Shown one piece after another: positions 10,388 through 22,268 of a DNA stretch of 64,000 nt. The notes under the pieces are model-generated. The model saw nothing but the letters and a program-made list of their open reading frames with translations, was not told where the DNA came from and searched no databases. The DNA is taken from assembly GCA_000091205.1 (NCBI GenBank), contig AP006494.2, one strand, 5' to 3'. This DNA is from Cyanidioschyzon merolae. Lineage: Eukaryota. Position 1 is the stretch's first letter. Every line of letters starts with the position of its first letter. A program made the translations under genes and the position numbers.

Positions 10388-12034
10388 ATGGACTTGGGGC
10401 AACCCTCAGACACGAAGACCGAGGACTCATTAGGGAAAGATAAGGCGGAGAAAGGACTACAAAAGATCCGTAGGGCTTTAGTTTCTGTATCGGACAAGGC
10501 ATCTTTGCGAGAGTTTGCGCAGTTTCTGGTTGGCCACAATGTTGAAATCATATCCACGGGCGGTACGGCAGAGAAACTCCGCGGCTATGATGTGCCCGTA
10601 ATAGATGTCAGTGAGTATACTAGCTTTCCAGAGATTCTTGACGGGCGCGTGAAGACCCTGGTTCCTAAAATTCACGGAGGTATCCTGGGTGTTCGCGGTA
10701 ACGCCTCACACGAAGAAGCGATGAAGCTCCACAGCATCGAGTACATTGATCTTGTTGTGGTGAATCTGTACCCTTTCGAAGAGACGGTGCGAAACGACGG
10801 GAGCTATGAAGCATGCATCGAGAATATTGACATTGGGGGACCAACGCTCATCCGAGCTGCTGCGAAGAACCACGCGAGCGTAACCGTCGTCACTGACGTC
10901 CACCAGTACTCAGACGTTATGGCTGATATGAATGATCATGATGGGTGTACAACTTTGTCCCTTCGGAAACGCCTTGCGGCTGTTGCGTTCTCTCTCTGTG
11001 CGTCGTATGACAGCTCGATTGCGGCGTGGTTCATGGAGGGTCTCGGGAAGCCGTTTCCGGACCGAATTACGATAAGCGGACGTTTGAAGCAGCGACTGCG
11101 TTATGGAGAGAATCCTCATCAGCCAGCTGCGTTTTATATGGACATGAGAGGAACGATCTGTCCAGGCGTTGCAACGGCCGAACAGGTTCAGGGCAAAGAG
11201 CTTAGCTACAATAACATCCTGGATACGGATGCGGCGTTCCGTCTCGTGAGCGAGTTTACAGAGCCCGCATGTGCGATTATTAAGCATTCTAATCCCTGCG
11301 GTTGCGCCACTGGTGTCTCGACCGAAGATGCCTACCTGAGGGCTCTTGCCTGTGACCCGATTTCTGCTTTTGGCGGTATCGTTGCGTTGAACAGAAAGAT
11401 TGATAAAGCAGTTGCAGAGCAGATCACCAAGGCGTTCACTGAGGTGGTGATCGCGCCAGATGCATCCGCGGAAGCTTTGGAGGTTCTTTCTGAGAAGAAG
11501 GCGACCAGAGTTCTTCTCACGGGAGCTATGCCGGATCCGCGGGCGCAACTGCAGAGTTTTCGATCAGTCATGGGAGGCTTTCTTGTCCAGGCTCTGGATA
11601 CGAAGATGGTTACAACGGAGGAGCTCAAGATTGTTACCAAACGCACCCCCACGGAAAACGAAATGCGCGATTTGCTTTTTGCCTGGAAAGTTTGCAAGCA
11701 CGTCAAATCGAACGCAATTGTTTATGCTAGAGATGGAGCCACTGTCGGCATTGGCGCGGGACAAATGAGTCGCGTAGATGCATCGAGAATTGCAGCCTGG
11801 AAAGCGCAGGAAGCCTCGCGCCAGGCCGAGGAGGATACTAGTCGCACGGCTGGATCTGTCGTCGCCTCTGATGCCTTCTTTCCTTTCGTGGATGGGCTTG
11901 TTGCCGCGGCGGATGCCGGCGCAACCGCCGTGATTCAACCAGGCGGGTCCAAGCGTGATGCGGAGGTTATCGCTGCTGCCGATGAACGAGGGATTGCGAT
12001 GGTCTTTACCGGTATTCGACACTTTTTACACTGA
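10388..12034 (+). CDS. purH: bifunctional AICAR transformylase / IMP cyclohydrolase (PurH/ATIC)
   Basis: The N-terminal MGS-like domain (LVSVSDK...ISTGGTA...GRVKTLHP-like...VVVNLYPFE...[16 protein letters not shown]) and the AICARFT domain are continuous in one ORF. The start is placed at MDLGQ; the ORF track opens at 10187. Confidence 0.9.
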   Translation: MDLGQPSDTKTEDSLGKDKAEKGLQKIRRALVSVSDKASLREFAQFLVGHNVEIISTGGTAEKLRGYDVPVIDVSEYTSFPEILDGRVKTLVPKIHGGILGVRGNASHEEAMKLHSIEYIDLVVVNLYPFEETVRNDGSYEACIENIDIGGPTLIRAAAKNHASVTVVTDVHQYSDVMADMNDHDGCTTLSLRKRLAAVAFSLCASYDSSIAAWFMEGLGKPFPDRITISGRLKQRLRYGENPHQPAAFYMDMRGTICPGVATAEQVQGKELSYNNILDTDAAFRLVSEFTEPACAIIKHSNPCGCATGVSTEDAYLRALACDPISAFGGIVALNRKIDKAVAEQITKAFTEVVIAPDASAEALEVLSEKKATRVLLTGAMPDPRAQLQSFRSVMGGFLVQALDTKMVTTEELKIVTKRTPTENEMRDLLFAWKVCKHVKSNAIVYARDGATVGIGAGQMSRVDASRIAAWKAQEASRQAEEDTSRTAGSVVASDAFFPFVDGLVAAADAGATAVIQPGGSKRDAEVIAAADERGIAMVFTGIRHFLH

Positions 12035-12057
12035 GATGCATTTCAAGGACTTGGTCC

Positions 12058-12651
12058 TCACCATTCCGTGAGGGCGTCATCTTCCGCATGGCTGCGCGCT
12101 TCCGTCGAGACGCTCGGAGGCTCGATACTCATACGCGCTGCGCGCAGTACGCGCAAAAGCGCCACTCGGGTCTGCAAGCATAAACGCTCTAGGTCATTTG
12201 TGTTGACGGCAACTGTTGTATCGTCCAATGGTATGTTTTGGATGTTGTCTGCCTCTCTGAGTCCATTCTCAAGGTCGTGCACAAGTCGCGCGTACGCAGA
12301 TTCCAGCTTTCTGTAGCTCGCTTGGAAGTTTCGCCATACTTTGGGAACGGTGGTTACTGCATTGTCTTCAGGCTCAGGCGCTTGAAAACTGGTCTCTCTA
12401 AAATCCCGAATCGAGCCGCAATTCTGAATCTCGCGTTGTAAGAGCGTGTGCATGTTTCGATAGAAGCCCACCTGGAACGCTAGATTGCGGCCTAGTTGAT
12501 GCCCATCTTGCCAGGCGCTTTCGAAAGCCAGTTCCCGTAGTTTTGCGTGCACGTTCCTAACACCTTGGACGATGGCATCCTGTTCCAAGCATCTTAGAGA
12601 GTCAAAGAACTCAAGCGACGCTTGCTGTTCGACAGCGTCGCTTCGGTTCAT
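12058..12651 (-). CDS. hypothetical protein (197 aa)
   Basis: Clean ORF convergent with purH; the stops are 23 bp apart. No motif recognised. Confidence 0.3.
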   Translation of the reverse strand: MNRSDAVEQQASLEFFDSLRCLEQDAIVQGVRNVHAKLRELAFESAWQDGHQLGRNLAFQVGFYRNMHTLLQREIQNCGSIRDFRETSFQAPEPEDNAVTTVPKVWRNFQASYRKLESAYARLVHDLENGLREADNIQNIPLDDTTVAVNTNDLERLCLQTRVALLRVLRAARMSIEPPSVSTEARSHAEDDALTEW

Positions 12652-13263
12652 GGTTCCACGGGTTTAGCGTCCAGGCACTCTTGGAACTCAAAGAGGCCAA
12701 GGTATTACCAGGACTGGTAATTCTTTCGGGAGATAGTTTCAGCAACTTGCACCACGCCTACGAACAGCAAGTTCTTCCGAGCCGGTGGGTTACCGGACAG
12801 GACTGGCAAGTCCAGCCAGACACGCCTGTCTGCGCCAACGCTCACAGTAGCCGGCGACTGGACCTCGGCTCCTCCACAGACGCTTTCTTGCGAGAGAAAC
12901 TGTCGAACAGGGTCCGGCTCCAAGTTATTTTGTGGTGTATAAATTTAGTGTACCTAGCCAGACTTTTCAGTTTGCTTGAACGCCAACAGTAACCAGGATA
13001 GAGAATCTAGCGCAATTGAAAAGGACCCTTGCACCTGAAACGCTGCAGCACGTTCGTAAACATGATATTATGAGCGATTCATCAACGGCCTCACGCTGAG
13101 CCTACGAGTCTAGAGTCCCTTTTATGAGCCGGATGCACAGACACTCGCACAAGTTGCAGCATCGTAAAACCGCTTATGTGCTCGATGGCATGCAAAACTC
13201 ATGAACATAGTGTCGACGGCGTGCAGTCTCAAACAGCGGCATTCGAAGAGCAGATTTTCGACT

Positions 13264-13836
13264 CTATCTTCTATACGATGCAGATACAAACGGCGTTTCC
13301 AGAAGGTTTTTTTGTAATGAGCCCGAATCGTGGTCGCTGGGTAGCGCTGGAAACGGCATTAAGCTCTGTCGATCATCCTGGTATCGTTTTAAGTACGTTG
13401 CTAAAGCTGTCGCCAGAATCCGCGGCACGTTCGAGCAGCGCATCATCTTGGATAACGTCCCTGGGACTGTTTGCACAAGCCCAGCACACGTTGCAGAAGC
13501 GAGTGGCATTGCGCAGAGCCGTGCAGCGTGTCGACTCCTCTGGATGCATTCAAGCAGGGGGGCTGTTGTAGGCCCTTGCCTTGAACTGATTGGAACACGA
13601 AGCGAAGGGTCGCAAGGCCGACGCTCGAGCATCTGGTTGACGGACAGGTAGCCCTGCTCCTGGCAGGGAAGCATTGGCGTCAATAAGCGCACTCGCTGAA
13701 CAAGGAAAGGCATAGCTTTCACGCGTGCGCCCTGTGTGCGATTTTTGACAGTCAGCATCTCAGCCGTATGCATCGAAGGCCAGAACACGAAGCGACGATC
13801 CATCCGTGGACGTGCTTCCAGCGTTGCATGAGACAA
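13264..13836 (-). CDS. hypothetical protein (190 aa)
   Basis: ORF only; no motif recognised. Confidence 0.15.
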   Translation of the reverse strand: MSHATLEARPRMDRRFVFWPSMHTAEMLTVKNRTQGARVKAMPFLVQRVRLLTPMLPCQEQGYLSVNQMLERRPCDPSLRVPISSRQGPTTAPLLECIQRSRHAARLCAMPLASATCAGLVQTVPGTLSKMMRCSNVPRILATALATYLKRYQDDRQSLMPFPALPSDHDSGSLQKNLLETPFVSASYRR

Positions 13837-14139
13837 GGGCTGTGCGCTCGCGTAGGTCGATCCAGATAAGGCCGAGTTTAAAAGGGATTACATGCTGCTG
13901 ACGCTTTTATCGGAAAAATATCGCAATTCGAGCTCCTACCGAAAATAAGATGACCGGCGCTCTGAAGTTCATTGCTCGCGGAAGCTCCATAGTGGGTCGC
14001 TCGGGCGCAGCGATGTGCGATGCCCATCCAAAGACCACAACACGGACGCGAACCTTGAAGCCCGCCTCAAACCAAAGCACATGTAGTAGCTAAAGGTGTA
14101 ACATAACTTCGCGTCTATTCGCGCTCGTAACGTTGGCGA

Positions 14140-14688
14140 TCAGCGATGAACGATCCCATCGTACTGGGCCTGGAAGAAACGGATGGCGTCTTCCTTTGAT
14201 ACCCGCTGGAGCGGCCCGACCGTCGAGCGGCAGCGCCTTCGGCGAGCAACACGTGCCCCCCGTCGCTTCAACACAACAACAAAGTCCATCCCAAAGATAC
14301 CAGTGGCTGGATCATATTTCAAACCGAGGTCGATGTGTTCTTGGATGCCAAACCCAAAGCAACCTGTATCCGAGAAGTTTGATTCGTGCAACTCATACTC
14401 TCGCACCCGAAGACCACGTTCCAACAGATCTAAAGCCTTCTGCCCTCGAATTGTAACGTGCGCAGAAATGCGCTCGCCGCGACGGATCCCAAACTGCCTT
14501 ATAGTCAGGCGTGCTCGAGAGGTGACCACAGCCTGGCCGTCAGGGTTCTCCTCAGTTGCGGTCAGTTGCTGGAGCACTCTGCAGGCTTTGGTCAGAGGAT
14601 CACCACTTGAGCCGACGCAGCAGTTGATAACAAGCTTATCCACTCTCAACTCCCGCATCGGGTTCTCCAGCTTCTTTGGGTTTACCAT
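14140..14688 (-). CDS. RPL11: 60S ribosomal protein L11 (uL5)
   Basis: [23 protein letters not shown]...[17 protein letters not shown]...[31 protein letters not shown] is near-identical in organisation to eukaryotic uL5. It is intronless. Confidence 0.93.
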   Translation of the reverse strand: MVNPKKLENPMRELRVDKLVINCCVGSSGDPLTKACRVLQQLTATEENPDGQAVVTSRARLTIRQFGIRRGERISAHVTIRGQKALDLLERGLRVREYELHESNFSDTGCFGFGIQEHIDLGLKYDPATGIFGMDFVVVLKRRGARVARRRRCRSTVGPLQRVSKEDAIRFFQAQYDGIVHR

Positions 14689-16957
14689 CTTGATAACAGT
14701 AGGAGCGGTATGCTAAAGCGTACGCTTACAACACAGGAGTATACTAACGCCGCACGAGTCCGGGTAGCGACGATTCCCCGCCGATTGACTTTGGTACATA
14801 TCTTGACATTATGGTTTCATGGATCGGCACATGGCGCACAACGGAGGCGGCCGTAGCCGATCCGGCAGGTGCCTGATAGGAAGCGTCGACCTCAAAATTG
14901 CTGGTACACTGGCAGGCACCCGAAGTAGCTTCTGGATCCATGCGTTCTTTATCTGCCTTAACAGAAGGAACTTTATCGGGGTCGTTACCAGCGCATTCGC
15001 CCAATAGCTTGTACACATGTCCTGACGCTGTGATCACCAAGGTCTCGAAACGGAGCACGCGCGCCATTCCTGTTTATTCGTGCTCGTGCGTCCGAAAGCA
15101 TACGCCAGAGCGCCCTCGGCGGTCATCGACTGGGTCGGAAACATCGTGCCCCATTTGTGGGTTTTGTTGCATTCGTTTTCGCACTTTTTGAGCGTCGTGC
15201 CGAAGCTACTCTGAAGACTGTCCCGCGATGCAGTCTTGCTTTGCACGCCAAGGCACACCGGATTCCGGCATCCAGCGGTTGCTGGCTCGACAAATGGTGC
15301 TAGCTAGTGCTTTTTCCGAACAAATTTTCGATCGGGGGCTTCTGCACCATCTCGTTTTGTAATGCGCGTCCGTCACCATGATTTGCAAAGGCATATCGTT
15401 TGGGATGCTGCGCTAGAAGCCCTTTTTCATCCGAGTACGAATAAACGGAACAACATGAACTACTCGCATTATTCCTACCTTGAGATACGTTTTCGACCCC
15501 TCTCGTTAAATTTACGGCCTCGATATTCGATATACAGCTGTGGCGGCTTACGGATTCAAGATGTGGGTTTACGATCCTAGGTCGTTATTACGGAACGGCT
15601 TGTTTGCCTCTTCGCCGCTGGAAACCTTGATGTCACAGGAATCGACAAGAAATAGCAACGCTCGAACAAGATTTCCTTAAATAACCGGTATCCTTATAAA
15701 ATCCATACTGGAAGCTTCCACTCTTCTAATTTCCTTACGTATACCATATGCAAAACGTGCATTATTCAGGATTTCGATCCTTCTGTTTCAAAGCAGCTCA
15801 TTGGTGTACGAATGCTCGCCACTGGATTGACAAAGAGAAAACTCGACGTCGATCCTCGATGCCTTGTTCACAAGCTCATGCCGAAAGCTCTCTGGACTTG
15901 TCTTGCAAAGTAATCCTTTCTACTTGAAAAATGAATCCTCCAATTTTTGCGGCATGCGACGAAACAGCGTTCTACAAGAGCATGTGGTCCTTCACAAAAA
16001 CTGCCCTCGGACGCTCTCGTCTCATCTGTTTGCGTCGAAAGCGCTCTGGGACTCGTACTTGAGTTATAGCAGCGATCGCTTCCAATGGAGAGTGCATCAC
16101 AGTTTTGTAAGTAGCGAGTGCAGACAGATGATTATATCCGAGTTGGTCTCCAGCCTTGATTTTGTCTGCGGTACTTTTTTTCATCGTGAACAGTATCGGG
16201 TAGAAAAAGCTTCTATCGAATGGGACATCGTACGCTTTTGAGTGCAGCGGATAATGCACTCTTGGAACGCATCGTCCAGAGGAAGTCGGTGATCAGACCT
16301 TATGCCTCTGGGCACGGAAACGGAGGAGGATATCGAGGTGAACCTTCCGTGCCGTTCAAGGGCATACATTGACCTCTGAAGCGAGTCTTGACGTGGCATG
16401 GGGAGCTCTCGGAGGAGAAGCACGTATTGCGGGCCTATTGGAACACCTGAATACAGTCAAGTGTCCCCGTTGTGAAAGGCATTCCGACGCTGTATACAAA
16501 GAAGAGGGAAATAGCAAGTGAAAAGGCAGTAACAACTTTCGTCTGTGCAGGTGAAGCGTAAACAGCAGTCGGATGCGGCGAGATCGAGACTCTGAGGCAG
16601 GTGCGAACAACCGTGGACTACTGACAATAGAGCTTCAGCAAAACAGGCGTCTAGCGCGTTCAGAGCCGAAGATATGAGAGAGGGAGTTGGGGCAGCCGCC
16701 GACAAAGCCGCCAGGGGCTGGTGTTGACAATTGTGAGAAGAGGCCCAAAGTTTGGCGTGTATGCCCGAGTAACTGGATATATTCAATCTTATTCTGCTAC
16801 GGGTGTCGTTTGGTGCATGTATTCTGAACAGCGAAATGTCATAGACGCTTCCATATGCATATGCATTCATGATTCAGTCGATTTGCCCATGACGACAGGA
16901 ACGTGTCAGTGCCCTTGCGAACGCACGCTCTGCACGAAAAGCTTCTACCTTATTCCT

Positions 16958-19285
16958 TTATGGTGCCACTCGAAGGGCGTTCCCGGATGCTTTAGCGGTT
17001 GCCCTCTCACCTGAGACGTACATTTCATCGATGACATGGGCGTACTTTTCTTGTACGACACGGCGCTTAACTTTCAGGGTTGGGGTGAGCTCGCCGCCTT
17101 CCACGGTAAGCTCGGTGGGAAGGATTCGAAAGTACTTGATCGTTGCATACGACGGCAGTGTCGCGTTCACTTCATCGATGTAATGCTGAATCACATCAAT
17201 GATTCGCTTATCTCTGGAGAGTATATCGGGGCGAGACTCCGTAGATTCTATGCCAATCTTAGAGGTCAACGCCGGGAGCGCACCCTCATCTAGCGTAATC
17301 AGTGCAGTGCAGTACGGTTTTCCGTCGCCAATAACCACTACTTGGGCTATGCCGTCGAACGTTTTAAGCCGCGCTTCTGTTGGCTGAGGCGCGATGAATT
17401 TCCCGCCTGATGTTTTAATCAGATCTTTCAGGCGATCGGTGACAACAAGATAGCCGTCCTCATCGAAACTCCCAACATCACCGGTGTGCAAGAACCCAGC
17501 ATTGTCAATAACTTGGGCAGTACCTCGTGCATCATTGTAGTAACCAGCGAAGACGTTATCGCCTTTCGCGAGGATTTCTCCATCCGCACCAAGAACTACT
17601 TGAATCCCACGGAGGGGCAGGCCCGCGGTCCCCGGCTTGATGGCGCCTTTTGGCGTCAGCGCGATGACACCCGTGCTCTCGCTCTGGCCATACAGCTCCG
17701 CGATGTCGATACCTATGCTCCGGAAGAAGCGTGAGATCTCTGGATTCAGCGGCGCTGCTCCCGAGGCGAACGTATGACATCGATCGAGCCCAAGCAGCGT
17801 CAGGATTTTGCCAATGATGTGCTTCTGGTAGAGGCGCCACTGGACGGTGGTCCAGATGGCTGGCCGTTGTCCGCGTATGCTGTTGCGACACTCACCAATG
17901 GATGCGCCGTTTCGGAGTGCCTGGCTGATGACGGCGCGTCGAAGGAGCGCCTCCGAGGCGAAGCGTTGCTTGAGCGCGGACGCAAACTTTTCCCATACCC
18001 TTGGCACGCACAGGAACAGGGTCGGACGCACCTCCGCCAGGTTGTTCTTCACTGTAGCAAAGCTCTCCGCAAAATAGACGGCATTCGCATCATAGATAGC
18101 AAGCAATTCACCTTGAATGCGCTCCGCGATATGGCAGAGTGGGAGAAACGACAGTGTAATATCGCCGCCGTTTGAACCTACACAACGGGATATTTCCTCT
18201 GCAATGAAATAAAGGTTGCGATGTCGATAGCATGCTCCCTTGGGTTTTCCCGTTGTCCCCGAAGTGTATACGGTCATGCAGATTGCCGACGGCAAAATGG
18301 CTCTCGCTTGGCGTTCAATGTTCGTTGCTGCGCTCTCAAAGTGCCGTCGGCCTTTTTTCAATAGTTCGCTCCACGAAATATTTTTCCAGTGTGGTTTCCG
18401 ACCGCATCGAGGCGAAACTTCTCGTGTGGTATCATTCATGAGCACGACGAGCTGAAGCTCCCCAAGCATTTCCGCAGTATCTAGCAGCTTTGCGTACTGC
18501 ATTTCAGAGTCCACGAAAACAACTTTCGCTCGAAAATTCTCACAGACAAACGCAACTTGCTCCGCTAGATCGTTCGGATATAGACCGGTGGTACAGCCTG
18601 CAAGACACATGACCGCCAGGTCCGCGATAAGCCATCTGGGTGAGTTCGAACCCAAGATGGCAGCGTGGTCGCCGGCCTCGAACCCGCATTGCCTCAGGCC
18701 GTTAGCGATTTGACAAACCAGTCTACCGTACTCCTTCCACGAGATGGATACCCATCCGTCGCCTTCTTTCGATGCCAGGGCAGCAGAATCCGCACAGTTT
18801 CTCCGAATCCCATGAGCATTATCGAAAAAAAGGTTCAATAAGGTTTTCGTTCTAGTCTCCTCTTGAGTAAGCGCGAGTTGTGGGGGCTGCTCTCCCTGTA
18901 AACCGGGAGAAAGGAACGAGTCGCTTGGAGACCCTTCAGGATTCTGCGTGAAGATTCCTGCAAGGAATGGAGCTGCATTATTCGGCTTCTTCGAATCTTC
19001 AACCTTGCCTAACGTTCGCTCACGAGTTACCCGATGCGCCATGTTGTACGACCTAGACGCTGAGCCCTGAGGCGTCTGGAACGTGTTCTGTGCCCTGGGC
19101 TGCAACCACAGCGACGCAAGCGTGTCATTGCCGTGCTGTTCGCAATTTCCCTGCACGCCCAGGTGAAGGTTGCTGCTGAGCGATCGCATAGGCGCCGGCC
19201 CCGGTGTCGGGCTTGCTGCAGGGGTAACAAAAGCATAACCAGAGTCACTTGGCACGTCACTGGTACGAAAATGTTTCATAACCAT
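16958..19285 (-). CDS. long-chain acyl-CoA synthetase (AMP-binding family)
   Basis: It contains the AMP-binding motif YTSGTTGKPKG, LYGQSESTG and the fatty-acyl-CoA synthetase C-terminal region. The first ~80 aa are low-complexity, so the real start may be the internal Met near 19042. The annotated ATG directly abuts the right end of Fanzor-family element #2. Confidence 0.85.
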   Translation of the reverse strand: MVMKHFRTSDVPSDSGYAFVTPAASPTPGPAPMRSLSSNLHLGVQGNCEQHGNDTLASLWLQPRAQNTFQTPQGSASRSYNMAHRVTRERTLGKVEDSKKPNNAAPFLAGIFTQNPEGSPSDSFLSPGLQGEQPPQLALTQEETRTKTLLNLFFDNAHGIRRNCADSAALASKEGDGWVSISWKEYGRLVCQIANGLRQCGFEAGDHAAILGSNSPRWLIADLAVMCLAGCTTGLYPNDLAEQVAFVCENFRAKVVFVDSEMQYAKLLDTAEMLGELQLVVLMNDTTREVSPRCGRKPHWKNISWSELLKKGRRHFESAATNIERQARAILPSAICMTVYTSGTTGKPKGACYRHRNLYFIAEEISRCVGSNGGDITLSFLPLCHIAERIQGELLAIYDANAVYFAESFATVKNNLAEVRPTLFLCVPRVWEKFASALKQRFASEALLRRAVISQALRNGASIGECRNSIRGQRPAIWTTVQWRLYQKHIIGKILTLLGLDRCHTFASGAAPLNPEISRFFRSIGIDIAELYGQSESTGVIALTPKGAIKPGTAGLPLRGIQVVLGADGEILAKGDNVFAGYYNDARGTAQVIDNAGFLHTGDVGSFDEDGYLVVTDRLKDLIKTSGGKFIAPQPTEARLKTFDGIAQVVVIGDGKPYCTALITLDEGALPALTSKIGIESTESRPDILSRDKRIIDVIQHYIDEVNATLPSYATIKYFRILPTELTVEGGELTPTLKVKRRVVQEKYAHVIDEMYVSGERATAKASGNALRVAP

Positions 19286-20775
19286 CGAGTATATATATAC
19301 CTACCCGCAGACGCCTCCCAGCCTTTTTACCTCTCGACTGTTATATCGGCTTCAGCCTGGCCTCGTAGATCCTGAGCCTGAGTCGCTGCCTCACAGCATC
19401 GGATCGCGTCAGCGCCGTAGGTCTCGTCTTCATCGGCTGAAATCGATGGTGGCGTTGAGGTCTCGGTTCACGAACTCTGTGCACTCATGGCCTCTGGTGG
19501 AACTCATCAGTGCAAGGAGTCCTCGAACGCATGCCCTCTGTGCGACTAGGGTCTCGTCATCGACCCGTCGGGCAAACGCTTTTTCTCGCCTATCTACTGC
19601 CTTCCTCTCCTTCGTGCTTTTCGTCACTTGCTACTTTTTGCCTTCGATGGGTGATGAGAAGAGGATTTTTCCGTTTGTTTTCGGCAGCGGGCGATACCGG
19701 CCCTCCAGGGTCCTCGAATTCCATATCCATTCCTTTCCCTTGCATTTTTTCTTACTGCAAATGAATGCAATTCCCTACGCCTTTAGGTGGGGACATTTCT
19801 GGAGGGGGGTGGCTTTTGCGGAAGAAAGATGAATTATAGCCCGCTGTCGCCGTGTGCTGAAAGCTTCAGCGATTCGCACAGTTGAGCGATCTTTACCTTT
19901 CTCGATATGAAAGACTTATCTGATGAGGTTTAATCACGTAGAGTACGGAGAAATGAAAAGCAGCTCTACCCCAACACATTCGTCGAAAGCTCGAACGCAA
20001 GAGGAATGGTGAAATGCTGCGTCTGACCGTAGAGGGACGCCGCCAAAGGTCAGAGGAAAGTCTTCTATGATTCGACAAAGTGGGTGCTGTTGTACGTGCC
20101 TGCTCTACGGGTGAAGCTGAAGGAGCCAAATCAATCCACCGCAGCTCGAACAGAGGATGATGTTGTCGTTCTCATCGTGCTCGATCGGACCTAGAACGAT
20201 CTCCCTCTCCGCGAATGCCCAAACATGCACCGGCCGTTCCGTCCGACGCACGTCTCATCGACTAAAACGCACGAACTGACGTCTCTCTGCTTTATACGGA
20301 TAGCGACGTTTCAGGAACGCTGTCGATGCAATCACGATGGACGATGCCCTTGGGTGAGTTAGGACTCTTCTGCGACAGTGTCCCAGGGTTTCCAGGACCA
20401 TAGGAACAAGCTGTTGAGAAAACGGAGACACCTGTGACGGCTATGACCATATCCTTTGCTTTTCTTAAGATGATCAACGTGTCGTTTTCTACCATTGACG
20501 GCAAGCAGTCTCTAAAAATATCTGTATTTGCCACAGAGCGCACATACTTGTTTCTTCCATTGTTCCTCAATCATCAGAGTCCTGTGGTATGACGGACCTG
20601 AAGGAGGAATGCTGTCCTCCATGGACACTTCAGTAACGAACATACCCCACAGGCAATTCGTCTAGAATCTGCAGAGTATATTACATAGGGATCCCGATCT
20701 GCTGCGATGCAACGCACCAGGAGTGAAACAGAATCGAGTTGACAGTCTCCAGTTCTGGGACGGGGATAACCAGCG
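19285..20775 (-). mobile_element. non-autonomous Fanzor-family element, copy #2
   Basis: It is the reverse complement of copies #1 and #5 along the full length. The RuvC-III relic EFVNRDLNATIDF is on the minus strand at about 19430-19480. The right terminus ggcgtctgcgggtaggtatatatatactcg is immediately followed by the ATGGTTATG start of the acyl-CoA synthetase gene. Confidence 0.75.
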
Positions 20776-21092
20776 GCTATGGTCTAAGCTGTTGCAGCTG
20801 CGACTGCGTTCCAAATACCTATAAGCTCGGAGGCCGCCCTGGAACGTGCTACTGAATGAGCGCTTTAGAGGTAAGCTGAATGATTTGTTACGAGTCTGTT
20901 CCCTGTTGCGCTCTGTAGCGCCTCATGCGCGTTGTGTTACACCAAGCTGGGCGCACCAAGGTAAACGTGCACAGCGCCGCAAGGCACTGGAAACGAAGTT
21001 ACCGATCACGCCCTGGTGCAGGTCACTGGGGAAACTCAATCGATCGTAAAAAGTTGTTTTCCGAACAGAATAGACGCTCCTCGAACCAGTGT

Positions 21093-22268
21093 ATGAGCCT
21101 GGCTGGCGACTTACCACGTGTGCAAGCGTACACTTCGTCGAAGCTCTGGCGAGCCACGTACACCGTTGTCCTCAGCGCTGAGCGCGATGCAAGCGCGTCA
21201 GCAGCCAAGCTTGCTGCCTTTTCCAACGCCTGCAGCGATTCGACTTTATTGAAACTCGACTGTCTAGACGCATCGGAAACCTATCTTGCTGACGAACCCG
21301 AGCTCCGCAGGGCGGTCGAGGTCGAGCGCGGCCAAAGGGCCACTACCCTGGAGTCGTACTACACGAAACACTGGGAATGGAGCGGTGCGAAACATCTGCA
21401 TGTGGCTGAAGGGCCGGAGTTCTCAACGCAGCGGGACGGATTGCCTTGCGCCCATGCAGCCAGTCTGCCCGCAGACTGGCAAGTACAACCACCGCGAAAG
21501 TTGTTTGAGGACGATGAATTTATCGCGTACTCTAAACCCGCTGGGGTCCTGTCATCGACAGTTCTGTACATGGCCATGATGTCTGAGTCGCCAGAGCACC
21601 GACAAAGTGCACAGGCCTGGCGCCTAGCGAACCGACTCGACCGGGATACGAGCGGCATCTTACTCTTTGGAAAAACGCCTTTGGCGAATCAAGTCTGTAA
21701 TGCCCTGACCACAAGACGCTCAGGCAGCCTAGAGAAGCTCTATATCGCAAACTTGCACCAAGTGCAATGGAAACATATGCAGCATGATGATCAAATGCCA
21801 CCCATGTTTCAAGTTGGGTGTGTGCTACGGGTCATAAGTGGGCACGGCACCACAAGGCGGGGACTGCACCGTCTCTACCCTCTTGAATGCGTCGGGCAAC
21901 GTCTGCACGATCGAATGCGCCGTCCAGTTCGTATTGCAGAGACTTGGTTTCGCATCGAAAACAGGACGCCGCTTAAATCCGAGAATAGTCTTGTCGGTGA
22001 CTTGGAAGCACATCCAGCGATGTTGTACCGTGTTCTGTGTGCACCTGTCACGGGGCGGACACACCAGATCCGTCTCCATGCACATGCTCTGGGTATGCCT
22101 GTTCACGGCGACGTTCGTTACGGCTCTCTGAGTGATTTACAGGGAACAAACTGTCACCATTTGCATGCAGTCGCGCTCGCATTCACCACTTCAGAAGGCA
22201 GGAAAATTTATATCGAGGCGGAAAGCCCTGCGTGGTTAGATTTTTCGGGTGAGGTAGAGCATCCTTAA
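21093..22268 (+). CDS. RluA-family pseudouridine synthase
   Basis: HRLDRDTSGILLFGKT carries the catalytic Asp motif of RluA/RsuA-type synthases. The C-terminal H..LG.PV.GD region is also present. The ORF track opens at 20925. Confidence 0.75.
   Translation: MSLAGDLPRVQAYTSSKLWRATYTVVLSAERDASASAAKLAAFSNACSDSTLLKLDCLDASETYLADEPELRRAVEVERGQRATTLESYYTKHWEWSGAKHLHVAEGPEFSTQRDGLPCAHAASLPADWQVQPPRKLFEDDEFIAYSKPAGVLSSTVLYMAMMSESPEHRQSAQAWRLANRLDRDTSGILLFGKTPLANQVCNALTTRRSGSLEKLYIANLHQVQWKHMQHDDQMPPMFQVGCVLRVISGHGTTRRGLHRLYPLECVGQRLHDRMRRPVRIAETWFRIENRTPLKSENSLVGDLEAHPAMLYRVLCAPVTGRTHQIRLHAHALGMPVHGDVRYGSLSDLQGTNCHHLHAVALAFTTSEGRKIYIEAESPAWLDFSGEVEHP

Noticed and set aside
10910-11548. 212-aa minus-strand ORF inside purH
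   Set aside because: Antisense to a conserved gene. No motifs.
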